64,000 bases of DNA, taken from an uncultured Actinomycetota bacterium. GTDB lineage: Bacteria > Actinomycetota > Actinomycetes > JAHEKZ01. Below the pieces are notes generated by a model, which made no database searches, had not been told where the DNA came from, and worked only from the letters and a program-made list of their open reading frames with translations. Both the position numbers and the translations under genes were made by a program. Every line of letters starts with the position of its first letter. The first letter of the stretch is position 1. Shown here piece by piece: positions 51,957 through 63,201 of this stretch. The DNA lies in the NCBI GenBank assembly GCA_963743915.1, contig CAVURN010000005.1:480001-544000 (forward strand), given 5' to 3'.

Positions 51957-52501
51957 GCGCGCACCTCCTCGGTGGTGTCGGCCGCGGGCATCGCGCGGTC
52001 GAAGGTCTCGGCGAGCTCGGGGGCCAGCTCCCGCAGTCGCGCGAGCGCGTGGCGGGTCTGGCTCTTGACGGTGCTGGTGGAGCACCGCATGGCGTGAGCG
52101 GTCTGCGTCTCGGTGAGGTCCTCGTAGAACCGCAGCACGAGCACCTGCCGCTGGCGTGGAGTCAGGCGCGACTAGTGCCTCGCGAAGCACCAGGCGCCGG
52201 TCGGCGTCCGCCCGATGTCGACGTGGCTCGCGCGGTCGGGCGTCTCGCCGAGCGACTCCTGGGCTCGACGACTGCGCCAGCGCCAGCGGTCGATGACGAC
52301 GGTGTAGAGCGCCTGGCGGACGTACGGCTCGGGGTTGCCGTCGCGCGAGATCGACGGCCACTTCAGGGCCGCCTTCGTCAGCGCCTCCTGCAGGGCGTCC
52401 TCGGCGTGGCCGCGGTCACCGGTCAGCAGCGACGCCGTGCGCATCAGCGCCGGACCTCGCGCTGCGACGAAGTCGGCGAAACCCGCGTACCGGTCGGCCA
52501 T
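51953..52501 (-). CDS. SigE-family ECF RNA polymerase sigma factor (apparent indels near 52170-52210)
   Basis: FADFVAARGPALMRTASLLTGDRGHAEDALQEAL; LTPRQRQVLVLRFYEDLTETQTA...TVKSQTRHALARLR. Confidence 0.9.
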
Positions 52502-52558
52502 GGACGTTCCTCCCTCTCACCCCTGTATACGTCGGTGAGGGGTCGGACGGGTGGAACT

Positions 52559-52802
52559 TCAGCTGTGAGCCGTGAGGTACGTGATCAGGCCGGCGAGGCT
52601 GCGCACCTGGGGGTAGTCCTCCTCCGGCACGTCGACGCCGGTGCGCTCCTTGAGCCCCTCGATCAGGGAGAGGAAGTCGAGCGAGTCGAGGTCGAGGCCG
52701 CGTGCGCAGGTCCTCGTCCGGCTCGACGTCGTCGAGGTCGGCCTCGGGGGCGATCTGTCCGAGGATCGCGGCGACGGTGTCGCGCGCCTGGTCTGTGTTC
52801 AC
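52559..52802 (-). CDS. Acyl carrier protein (apparent frameshift near 52700)
   Basis: ILGQIAPEADLDDVEPDEDLR / LDLDSLDFL...GVDVPEEDYPQV, with the phosphopantetheine Ser. Confidence 0.85.
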
Positions 52803-54142
52803 AGCTCCTCCGGTCGTTGCAGCAGGTCGTCGACGGCCGCCAGGAAGAGGCCGCCGCGGTGGCCGTCGGTGACGCGGTGGTCGGCAGCGAGGGACGCGGT
52901 GACGACCGGGTGCACGGCGAGCATGCCGTCCACCGCCCACGGGCGCTCGACGATCCGGCCGAAGCCCACCAGTGCCACCTGCGGCGGGTAGATGACGCCG
53001 ACCACGGACTCGACGCCCTGGTCGCCGAGGTTGGTCACGGTGATCGTCGGGTCGGACATCTCCGAGCCCTTGAGGCGTCCGGCGCGCGCGCGGGAGACCA
53101 CGTCCTTCAGCGATGCCATGAGGTCGTCGAGACTGCGCTGATCGGCGTCGTGGATGGCAGGGGCGACGAGTCCGCCGCCGCGCAACGAGACGGCAACCCC
53201 GAGGTGGACGGGCTCGCTCGGGTGGAACGCGCCGTCGGTGTAGAAGCCGTTGACCTCGGGCACCTTGCGAGCGGCGAGTGCCGTCGCCTTGAGCAGCAGC
53301 ACCGCCGGCACCAGGCGCTGCTCGACACCGCGTCCGGCGTTGGTCTCGCGCATCCACTCCGTGGCGGCGCGAAGATCGATGCTCTGGGTGAGGTAGTAGT
53401 GCGGGATCTCACGCTTGCTGCGCGCCATCAGCTCACCGATGGCCGCGCGCATCGCTGCCTGCTTCGCCTTGGCCGCCGCCTTGGTGTCCGGCTTGGCGGT
53501 CGGCTTCTGCTCCGGCTTGTGCTCCGTTCGGGCAGGGGCGATGTCCGGTGCCACACGTTCGACGTCCGCGACGGTAACCGCACCCTCGCGGACCGGTGCC
53601 CGGCACCGTGGTGACGTCGACGCCCAGCTCGGACGCCCGCCTCCGCGCGAACGGTGACGCCTTCACCCGCCCCTCCCCGTCGGTACGTGCAGGCGTGGCA
53701 CGAGCGGAGGTAACCGCGCCGGCCGCCTCGACGTCGGCGCGCGTCACGGTGCCGTCGGCACCGGTGCCCGTCACCGACGCCAGGTCGACGCCTCGCTCGT
53801 GCGCCAGGTGACGCACGATCGGGGACGCCACGTGCGGCTGGGCCGATGCCGGTTCCGCCGGTGCGGTCTGACCTGCGGGCGCTGCGGGCGAGCGTCTGTC
53901 GTCCCGCCGTCGCCGCTCAGCAGCGCGAGCGGCTCGCCCACGGGAACCGTCGTCCCGGGCTCGACGAGCAGCTGCTCGATGACGCCGTCCTCGAAGACCT
54001 CGATCTCGATCGCCGACTTCGCGGTGTCCACCACCGCGACGATGTCGCCGCGGTGCACCGCGTCCCCGGGCGCCACCAGCCACTCGACGAGCGTCCCCTC
54101 GTCCATGTCGGCGCCCAGTGAGGGCATCCGGAACTCACCCAC
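52799..54142 (-). CDS. pdhC: 2-oxoacid dehydrogenase E2, dihydrolipoamide acyltransferase (apparent indels near 53590 and 53880)
   Basis: [11 protein letters not shown]...[11 protein letters not shown] lipoyl domain; two E3-binding-type segments (ASPIVR, ASPFAR); catalytic ADHRVTDG. Confidence 0.9.
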
Positions 54143-55118
54143 CGCCCACCACCTCCTCGGCAGCGGCCACGATGCGCTCGACGCTCGGCAGCGCCGCGAG
54201 CTCGAGGTGACGCGCGTACGGGATGGGGACCTCCACCGAGCAGACCCGCCGCACGGGGGCGTCCAGGTCGTAGAAGGCGTCCTCGGCGATGCGGGCGCTG
54301 ACCTCGCTGGCGAGCGACAGCGTGTGCCAGCCCTCGTCGACGACCACCGCGCGGTGCGTGCGACGCACAGAGGCCAGCACGGTGCCGATGTCGAGCGGGC
54401 GCAGCACCCGCAGGTCGATGACCTCGGCGCTGACGCCGTCCGCCGCCAGCTGGTCCGCGGCGTCCAGCGCCTTCGGCAGCGAGCCGCCGTACGTGATCAC
54501 CGAGACGTCGCTGCCCGGACGCCGCACGGCCGCCTTGGTGATGTCGTCGGGCGCGGGATCGAGCCCGTCGGCGTCCGCCTCGCCGGTGAGGTTGTAGAGC
54601 GAGCCGTGCTCGAACACCACGACCGGGTCAGGGTGCTCGAGAGCGGGCCACAGCATGCCGCGGGCGTCCGCGACAGTCGCAGGGGCGAGGACGACCAGAC
54701 CCGGGACGTGCGCGTACCAGTTCTCGAGCGAGTGCGAGTGCTGCGCCGCCAGCTGGCGTCCGGCGCCGGTCGTCATGCGGATGACCAGCGGGACGCTGAG
54801 CTGCCCGCCGCTCATGTGGTGCAGGGACGCGGCGCTGTTGACGATCTGGTCGAGCGCCAGCAGCGAGAAGTTGACCGTCATGATCTCGACGATCGGTCGC
54901 ATGCCGCCGAGCGCGGCTCCGATGCCGGCACCGACGAAGCCCGACTCCGACAGCGGGGTGTCCCGGACGCGCTCGGGCCCGAACTCGTCGAGCATGCCGA
55001 GCGAGACACCGAAGCCGCCTCCGTAGGCGCCGACGTCCTCACCCATCAGGAAGACGCGGTCGTCGCGCTTCATGGCCTCGCGCATCGCCTCACGGATCGC
55101 CTCGCGGTAGGTGGTCAC
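54135..55118 (-). CDS. pdhB: 2-oxoacid dehydrogenase E1 beta subunit
   Basis: [38 protein letters not shown]. Confidence 0.94.
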   Translation of the reverse strand: MTTYREAIREAMREAMKRDDRVFLMGEDVGAYGGGFGVSLGMLDEFGPERVRDTPLSESGFVGAGIGAALGGMRPIVEIMTVNFSLLALDQIVNSAASLHHMSGGQLSVPLVIRMTTGAGRQLAAQHSHSLENWYAHVPGLVVLAPATVADARGMLWPALEHPDPVVVFEHGSLYNLTGEADADGLDPAPDDITKAAVRRPGSDVSVITYGGSLPKALDAADQLAADGVSAEVIDLRVLRPLDIGTVLASVRRTHRAVVVDEGWHTLSLASEVSARIAEDAFYDLDAPVRRVCSVEVPIPYARHLELAALPSVERIVAAAEEVVGGG

Positions 55119-56106
55119 GGGGCACCCCCAGCAGAGACCTCGGAGTGCACGAACCGGGTGAGGTCGTCGACCGGCTCGTCGGTCCCTGCATCGGCAAATG
55201 CGACGGCGTCGTCGATCTCTTCCGTGATCCCCTGCTCGAGCTCCTGCTCCTGCTCGTCGGTGAGCGATCCTTCGTCACGCAGCCGGTCGCCGAGCAGCGC
55301 CAGCGGGTCGCGGTGCCGCCACGTCTCGATCTCGGCCTTGTCGCGGTAGAGGTCGGGGTCGTACATCGAGTGGGCCCGGAAGCGGAAGGTGCGCGCCTCG
55401 AGGAAGACCGGTCCCCCGCTGTCGCGCACGAGGGCGACGGCGCGCGCCGCGGCGTCGTGGACCGCGAGGACGTCCATGCCGTCGACGCTCCACGCAGGCA
55501 CCTCGTACGCCGCTGCCTTCAGCGCCAGGTTGGTCTCGGACTCCGAGCGCGCCAGCGCCGTGCCCATCGCGTACAGGTTGTTCTCGCAGACGAACAGCAC
55601 CGGCAGCTTCCACAGAGCGGCCAGGTTCATCGACTCGTGGAACTCGCCCTCGGCCATCGCGCCCTCGCCGAAGAAGCAGGCGGTCACCGTGTCGCGTCCG
55701 AGCATGTGGTCCGCCAGCGCCATGCCGACCGCCTGTGGCAGCCCGGCGGCGACGATCGCGTTGCCGCCGAAGAGCCGGTGCTCCAGGTCGAACAGGTGCA
55801 TCGACCCGCCGCGGCCGCGGGAACACCCTTCGACCTTCCCGAACATCTCCGCCATCACGCTGCGCATCGGGACGCCCCGCACCAGCGCATGAGCGTGCTC
55901 GCGGTACGTGGCGAAGAGCGCGTCGTCCGGACGCAGGTGCGGCAGCGCGCCGACGGCGACGGCCTCCTCGCCGATGTACAGGTGCAGGAACCCGCGGATC
56001 TTGGTGGCGCTGTAGAGCTCGGCGCAGCGCTCCTCGAAGCGGCGGACCCGCAGCATCTGCCGGTAGAGGTCGAGCCCGAGCGCCGGGTCGACCGGTTCGG
56101 CGCGTG

Positions 56107-56110
<4 letters not shown>
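55115..56110 (-). CDS. pdhA: Pyruvate dehydrogenase E1 alpha subunit
   Basis: [26 protein letters not shown]...ENN (ThDP motif variant), RFRAHSM. Confidence 0.94.
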
Positions 56111-57907
<1,797 letters not shown>

Positions 57908-57971
57908 GACCCACCTCTCGACAGGACGCCTCGTCCCTCCATGGTGTCCCGCACGTGGGCCGGTGGGGGCA

Positions 57972-57985
57972 GGGCCGGAGGTCCC
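57972..57985. promoter_or_regulatory. Candidate DosR/DevR-type box upstream of acsA
   Basis: GGGCCGGAGGTCCC (reverse complement GGGACCTCCGGCCC) resembles the GGGAC-N4-G(T/G)CCC core. Confidence 0.45.
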
Positions 57986-58119
57986 GCGTGCACCCGGACG
58001 GTTCGACGCGCGACGACGAATGTCAAGTGCCCTGGGTCGGGTGCATCAGCTGCCCGGCAGGAGCACTATGGGGTCAGGCGCCCGTGTGGCGGTGGCCCGT
58101 TGCGACTCAGGAGGTAGCC

Positions 58120-58419
58120 ATGAGCGAGAGCACCTGGTTCATCGACCCTGAGGCCGGGCCTGTCTCGGCAGAGGACGACGACAACTACGACGAGGCTTTC
58201 GGGCCGGGCGACCCGCACCCCCAGGAGGGGCGGTTGGTCGAGGACGACGAAGGCGTCCGGAGCGACACCACGTCCGAGGCCGTGGCGCACGTCGCTGTCG
58301 GTGACACGGCGTGGAAGTCGGCGGAGGAGTCGGCGGTGCACGTGGTGGACGAGATGGCGCAGAGCGCCGAGGACCTGGTCGACCTGGACGCGCTGCCGGA
58401 AGACCCCGACGAGCGCTGA
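58120..58419 (+). CDS. DUF5709-like acidic protein
   Basis: GRLVEDDEG...SAEESAVHVVDE; GAGG RBS. Confidence 0.75.
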   Translation: MSESTWFIDPEAGPVSAEDDDNYDEAFGPGDPHPQEGRLVEDDEGVRSDTTSEAVAHVAVGDTAWKSAEESAVHVVDEMAQSAEDLVDLDALPEDPDER

Positions 58420-58482
58420 GCCTCCCGGCAACAACGTGTAGGACTCGTGGGGTCATAGGCCCACAGTTCCTACACGATGTCG

Positions 58483-58683
58483 TCAGAGGGGGCGGACGGA
58501 GTCGGCCTGCGGGCCCTTCTGGCCCTGGGAGATCTCGAACTCGACCCGCTGGCCGTCCTCGAGGGCGCGGAAGCCCTCCATCTGGATCTGGCTGTAGTGG
58601 ACGTAGACGTCAGGACCCTCGTCGACCGCGATGAAGCCGTAGCCCTTCTCGGCGTTGAACCACTTGACCGTGCCCTGAGCCAT
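58483..58683 (-). CDS. cspA: Cold-shock protein
   Basis: [18 protein letters not shown]...DVYVHYSQI...GQKGPQA. Confidence 0.96.
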   Translation of the reverse strand: MAQGTVKWFNAEKGYGFIAVDEGPDVYVHYSQIQMEGFRALEDGQRVEFEISQGQKGPQADSVRPL

Positions 58684-58820
58684 GCGTCACTCCCCAGTCG
58701 TTTCGTCGACGATCTCGCCGACCGGCACACCGTAGTCCGATGTCCGCAGCGCAGCCTACGCCCCCCTTCGACCGTTTTGAGCGGAGGCTTGACCCCCGAG
58801 GGCCGTGTCGGCCCCGGATT

Positions 58821-58878
58821 CACGCCATTGGGGTAAGGAGTCCGGCCCATGGCCCGGAAGAGATTCCCCAAAGGCGTG
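58821..58878. terminator. Hairpin downstream of the moaD-like gene; probable terminator
   Basis: CACGCCATTGGGG...CCCCAAAGGCGTG (12/13) with an inner TCCGG/CCGGA stem. Confidence 0.5.
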
Positions 58879-58881
58879 CCG

Positions 58882-59157
58882 TCAGCCGCCGGCGACCGCG
58901 GGGATGATCGAGATCGAGGTGCCCTCGGGGGTGGCGGTGGCCAGCCCCTCGGCGAAGCGGACGTCGTCGTCGTTCACGTAGACGTTGACGAAGCGTCGGA
59001 TCGCCCCGTCGTCGTCCAGCACCCGGGCCCGGATGCCCGGGTGGGCCGCCTCGAGGGCGTCCAGCACCTCGGCGAGGCTACCGCCGTCGGCGGTCACCTG
59101 GGCGGCGCCGCCGGTGTAGGGGCGCAGGATGGTCGGGATCCGGACGGAGACGCTCAT
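58882..59157 (-). CDS. MoaD/ThiS/CysO-type ubiquitin-like sulfur carrier
   Basis: MSVSVRIPTILR...RRFVNVYVNDDDVRF...IIPAVAGG with C-terminal GG. Confidence 0.93.
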   Translation of the reverse strand: MSVSVRIPTILRPYTGGAAQVTADGGSLAEVLDALEAAHPGIRARVLDDDGAIRRFVNVYVNDDDVRFAEGLATATPEGTSISIIPAVAGG

Positions 59158-60437
59158 GCGAGGCCTTCCTGCTCGGCGAAGGCACGGAACTCTCCGTACC
59201 GGGGGCTGATGGTGACGGTGGGGGACGCCACGGGGACGACGGCGTCGAGGGTCTTGAGCCCGTCGCCGGTGTTGAGGATGACCGTCTCGGCCTCGGGGTC
59301 GAGCTCTCCGGCGCGCAGCAGCTTCTGGAGCGTTGCCACCGTGACGCCGCCGGCGGTCTCCGCGAAGATGCCCTCGGTCTCGGCGAGGAGCTGGATGCCG
59401 GCGACGATCTCCGCGTCGGACACGTCGGCGATGGCACCGCCCGTGCGACGCGCGACGTCGATGGCGTACGGGCCGTCGGCCGGGTTGCCGATCGCCAGCG
59501 ACTTGGCGATGGTGTCGGGCCGCACTGGCTGGACGACGTCGTGGCCGGCCGCCCACGCGGCGCTGACGGGCGAGCAGCCGGTGGCCTGCGCGCCGAAGAC
59601 CGCGGTCGGCGCGTCCTCGACGAGCCCCAGCGCGACCAGCTCGCGGAATGCCTTGTCGACCTTGGTCATCAGCGACCCGGACGCCACCGGCGACACCAGC
59701 TGGCGCGGCAGGCGCCAGCCGAGCTGCTCGGCCACCTCGTAGCCGACCGACTTCGAGCCCTCGGCGTAGTAGGGACGGAGGTTGACGTTGACGAACCCCC
59801 ACCCCAGGTCGCCGTAGACCTCCGAGCAGAGCCGGTTGACGTCGTCGTAGGTGCCGTCGACCGCGACGAGGGTGCCGCCGTACACCGCGGTGGTGACGAG
59901 CTTGCCCGCCTCGAGGTCGCTCGGCGCGAAGACGCACGACTTCAGACCGGCGCGCGCGGCGGCTGCCGCAACCGCACCGGCGAGGTTGCCGGTCGAGGCG
60001 CAGCCGACCGTGGTGAACCCCAGCTGCTGAGCGGCGGTGAGGGCGACGGCGACGACCCGGTCCTTGAACGAGTGCGTGGGGTTGCCGCTGTCGTCCTTGA
60101 CCCACAGCGCCTTCATCCCGAGGGCGCGCGCGAGGTTGTCGGCCTTGACCAGCTTCGTCATGCCGGGGGCGAGGTTCTTGCGGGACGCGACGTCAGCCGG
60201 GACGGGCAGCAGCGGGGCGTAGCGCCACATCGACAGCGGGCCGGTCTCGATGTCTGCGTGCGTGACGGTGCCGAAGTCGTAGCCGATCTCGAGCGGGCCG
60301 AAGCATTCCAGGCACGCGTACGAGTCGCCGAGCGGGGCGGTGGCCCCGCACTCGCGGCACACGAGCTCGCGAGCGGGGCCGAACGGGCGGTCCTGCGCGC
60401 CCACGGCGGAAGCCGGGGCATCCAGTGATGCGGTCAT
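59154..60437 (-). CDS. thrC: Threonine synthase-like PLP enzyme
   Basis: CRECG..CLECFGPL Zn ribbon, NPTHSFKDR, ASTGN, YYAEGSK, EGIFAETAGG, NTGDGLKT. Confidence 0.88.
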   Translation of the reverse strand: MTASLDAPASAVGAQDRPFGPARELVCRECGATAPLGDSYACLECFGPLEIGYDFGTVTHADIETGPLSMWRYAPLLPVPADVASRKNLAPGMTKLVKADNLARALGMKALWVKDDSGNPTHSFKDRVVAVALTAAQQLGFTTVGCASTGNLAGAVAAAAARAGLKSCVFAPSDLEAGKLVTTAVYGGTLVAVDGTYDDVNRLCSEVYGDLGWGFVNVNLRPYYAEGSKSVGYEVAEQLGWRLPRQLVSPVASGSLMTKVDKAFRELVALGLVEDAPTAVFGAQATGCSPVSAAWAAGHDVVQPVRPDTIAKSLAIGNPADGPYAIDVARRTGGAIADVSDAEIVAGIQLLAETEGIFAETAGGVTVATLQKLLRAGELDPEAETVILNTGDGLKTLDAVVPVASPTVTISPRYGEFRAFAEQEGLA

Positions 60438-60449
60438 GCGGAGACACTC

Positions 60450-60577
60450 CTCATCTCTCCCGCACCGGGCGGTGCGGGCCGGATTTGGCACCTGCCCGCG
60501 TCCGAAGAGTTCGTCTCCGCGTGACCGGGGGGTTGCCGGGGCTTCATCGGGCCGATCCCTCTGCCCCTCGTGATGAG
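60450..60577 (-). ncRNA. SAM-I (S-box) riboswitch
   Basis: Minus strand: CUCAUCACGAGGGGCAGAGGGAUCGGCCCGAUGAAGCCCCGGCAACC...GGUGCCAAAUCC...AGAUGAG, with P1 (CUCAUC/GAUGAG), the kink-turn GA motifs and the GCAACC/GGUGC pairing. Confidence 0.93.
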
Positions 60578-60751
60578 CGGTATGAAGTTGTCCTGCGAGT
60601 TGTTGAGCGTTGTGCCGTGCGATTTGCCGGGGGCCACGCGATCGGCGAGGCTCGACAGGGGTACGAGGGTAACGGACGCCGTGCTCGGCCGGGAAACACA
60701 GTCCACCGGGCGAGACGGTCGTGCGGTACGCAGACCAGCTGAGGAGGCTTG

Positions 60752-61713
60752 ATGGACGCCGATGTCGCGCAGTGGTTCGCGCGTCGCTCCTCGCGCGCCC
60801 GCGACTGGCCGCTCGACCTGCTCGCCGCCGCCAAGGCGACACGACGGTCAGCGTCGTGCTGCCGGCGCTCGACGAGGAGTCCACCGTCGGGGCCATCGTC
60901 GAGACCGTCCGGCGGCAGCTGATGACGGGCCCGCACCCCCTGGTCGACGAGCTCGTCGTCCTCGACTCGGGATCGACCGACGACACCGCAGCCGTCGCCC
61001 GCGCGGCCGGCGCACGCGTCGTCCACCGCGACGCGGTGCTGCCCGAGGTGCCCTCCGTGACGGGAAAGGGCGAGGCGCTGTGGCGGTCACTGGCGGCCAC
61101 CTCCGGAGACGTCGTGGTGTTCGTCGACGCCGACCTGACGGCGTTCCACGCCTGCTTCGTCACCGGCCTGCTCGGACCGCTGCTGACCGACCCATCGGTC
61201 GCCTTCGTCAAGGCGATGTACGACCGACCGCTCGCCAGTGGCGAGGTCGTGCACCCAGCGGGGGGTGGACGCGTCACCGAGCTGGTCGCACGTCCGCTGC
61301 TCAACCTGCACTGGCCCCGACTGGCGGGTTTCGTCCAGCCGCTCGCCGGCGAGTACGCAGCCCGACGCTCGCTGCTGGAGCGCCTCCCGTTCGCGACCGG
61401 GTACGGCGTCGAGCTGGCCCTGCTGATCGACACCCTGCACACCGTCGGCCTCGACGCCATGGCCCAGGTGGATCTCGGCGAACGCCGCCACCGCCACCAC
61501 GACGACCTGCGTCTCGGCCGGATGGCCGCTGAGATCTGGCAGACCGCGCTGTCGAGGCTGCACCGCGACGGCGAGCCACAGATCGTGCAGTCGACGATGA
61601 CCCAGTTCGTGCGCGACGCGTCCGACTACCTCCCGGTCACCCGAGAGGTCGCCGCCCTCGAGCGGCCACCGCTGCTCAGCGTGGTCGGCGACGACCGGAG
61701 GAGCAGCCGATGA
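60752..61713 (+). CDS. gpgS: Glucosyl-3-phosphoglycerate synthase (apparent frameshift near 60835)
   Basis: MDADVAQWFARRS / VSVVLPALDEE, DSGSTD, GKGEALWRSL, FVDAD, GGRVTELVARP, QPLAGEYA, GYGVE. Confidence 0.92.
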
Positions 61714-62525
61714 CGGCGCGCATCTTGTACAGCGACCTCGACGGCACGATGGTCGGCCCCGGGGGCTGCTTCGTGCGGGACGCGGACCGCGCCACCACCC
61801 TCGAGCCGGCCCAGGCACTCATCGGTCTGCACGACGCAGGCGTCGTGCTGTCCCTGGTCTCCGGCCGCACGCGTGCGCAGCTGCAGGAGGCCGCACGGAT
61901 CTTCGGCGCCGACGGGTTCGTCGCGGAGATGGGCGCGATCATCGGCTGGGACCACGGCCGCCGGTCGAGCACGCTGACGGGCGACGCGCCCCCGGAGTTC
62001 GCCGGCCCGCTCGTGGCGCAGCTGGAGTCGATCGGCCTCGTCGACGAGCTGCTCGGCGAGCACGAGGGACGCCTCGAGCACCACGCCCCGTGGCACCTCG
62101 GGCATGAGACCGACGTGATGCTGCACGGCAACGTCGATGTGGAGGTCGTGGACAAGTGGCTCGCCGGTCGCGGCTTCGGCTGGCTCACGCTCGCCGACAA
62201 CGGACGCCTGATCTCCACGCACATGGAGGGGCTGGACGCGCCGACGCACGTCTACCACCTCATGGCCCGGGGCATCTCCAAGGGACGTGGGGTCGCGGCC
62301 GACCTCGAGCGGCGCGGCCTCTCGGCGTCCGACGCCGTGGCGGTGGGCGACTCGCTCTCCGACCTCGACATGGCTCCGCACGTGGGCCGGTTCTTCCTGG
62401 TGCGCAACGGCGTCGACGTGCCCGAGATCCGCGCGGCCGCCGAGGAGCTGCCGAACGTGACACTGTGCGACGGGACGCTCGGCGCCGGGTGGGCCGAGGC
62501 CGCCCGCTGGTGCGCGTCCGCCTGA
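61710..62525 (+). CDS. HAD-IIB phosphatase (glucosyl/mannosyl-3-phosphoglycerate phosphatase-like)
   Basis: YSDLDGT, VSGR, SKG, VGDSLSDL; translationally coupled to gpgS. Confidence 0.82.
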   Translation: MTARILYSDLDGTMVGPGGCFVRDADRATTLEPAQALIGLHDAGVVLSLVSGRTRAQLQEAARIFGADGFVAEMGAIIGWDHGRRSSTLTGDAPPEFAGPLVAQLESIGLVDELLGEHEGRLEHHAPWHLGHETDVMLHGNVDVEVVDKWLAGRGFGWLTLADNGRLISTHMEGLDAPTHVYHLMARGISKGRGVAADLERRGLSASDAVAVGDSLSDLDMAPHVGRFFLVRNGVDVPEIRAAAEELPNVTLCDGTLGAGWAEAARWCASA

Positions 62526-62608
62526 ACCCGAGAACCACGCATCCACGCACTGCTGCGCACCAGACTCCGGGGGCATCCTGTGAAGAACCCCGACGGGTCC
62601 GCTAGACT

Positions 62609-62624
62609 AGTTGAATCCTCAACT
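62609..62624. promoter_or_regulatory. Candidate repressor operator (AGTTGA-N4-TCAACT)
   Basis: AT-rich inverted repeat 20 nt upstream of the VOC-like gene. Confidence 0.45.
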
Positions 62625-62643
62625 TTCTAAGGCGGCCGTCCGA

Positions 62644-63108
62644 ATGATCCACCACCTTTCGATCCCCGCCCGCGACCCGCACCACACCGTCGAGGTGTTC
62701 TGCGAGCTGTTCGGCGGCGGCGTCGTCACCCCGTTCGGCCCCTACCCCGGCTCGTGGATCGCCTGGTCCGGCGACGAGCACGGCACCGCCGTCGAGTGCT
62801 ACCCGGTCGGCACCGAGATGTACCCGCCCGACGGCCCCGAGCAGGCGCAGTTCCGGCACGATCCCCGCGCCACCGGACACACCGCGACGCACGCCGCCAT
62901 CTCGGTCGACCTCGAGGTGGACGAGGTGCTGGCGATCGCCGCCCGCGAAGGCTGGCGGGCGCTCGTGCTGCCCCGGGGTGGCTTCGACGTGATCGAGTTC
63001 TGGATCGACAACACCGTGATGATCGAGCTGCTGACCCCTGCGATGGCATCCGACTACCTGTCCGTGGTGCCGCGCTCGGCAACCAGCACAGCTTCCAGCA
63101 ACGTGTAG
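62644..63108 (+). CDS. VOC/glyoxalase-like protein
   Basis: MIHHLSIPARDP...THAAISV...FDVIEFWIDN..MIELL (His/His/Glu metal-ligand pattern). Confidence 0.78.
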   Translation: MIHHLSIPARDPHHTVEVFCELFGGGVVTPFGPYPGSWIAWSGDEHGTAVECYPVGTEMYPPDGPEQAQFRHDPRATGHTATHAAISVDLEVDEVLAIAAREGWRALVLPRGGFDVIEFWIDNTVMIELLTPAMASDYLSVVPRSATSTASSNV

Positions 63109-63201
63109 GGAGTGTGGGGTCATGGCCCCCAGAAGGCACACGTTGTTCCAGGGAGACAGGTCCGAAGACAGGCTCGAATTCCTGTGGCAGGCTCCGGTGC
63201 C

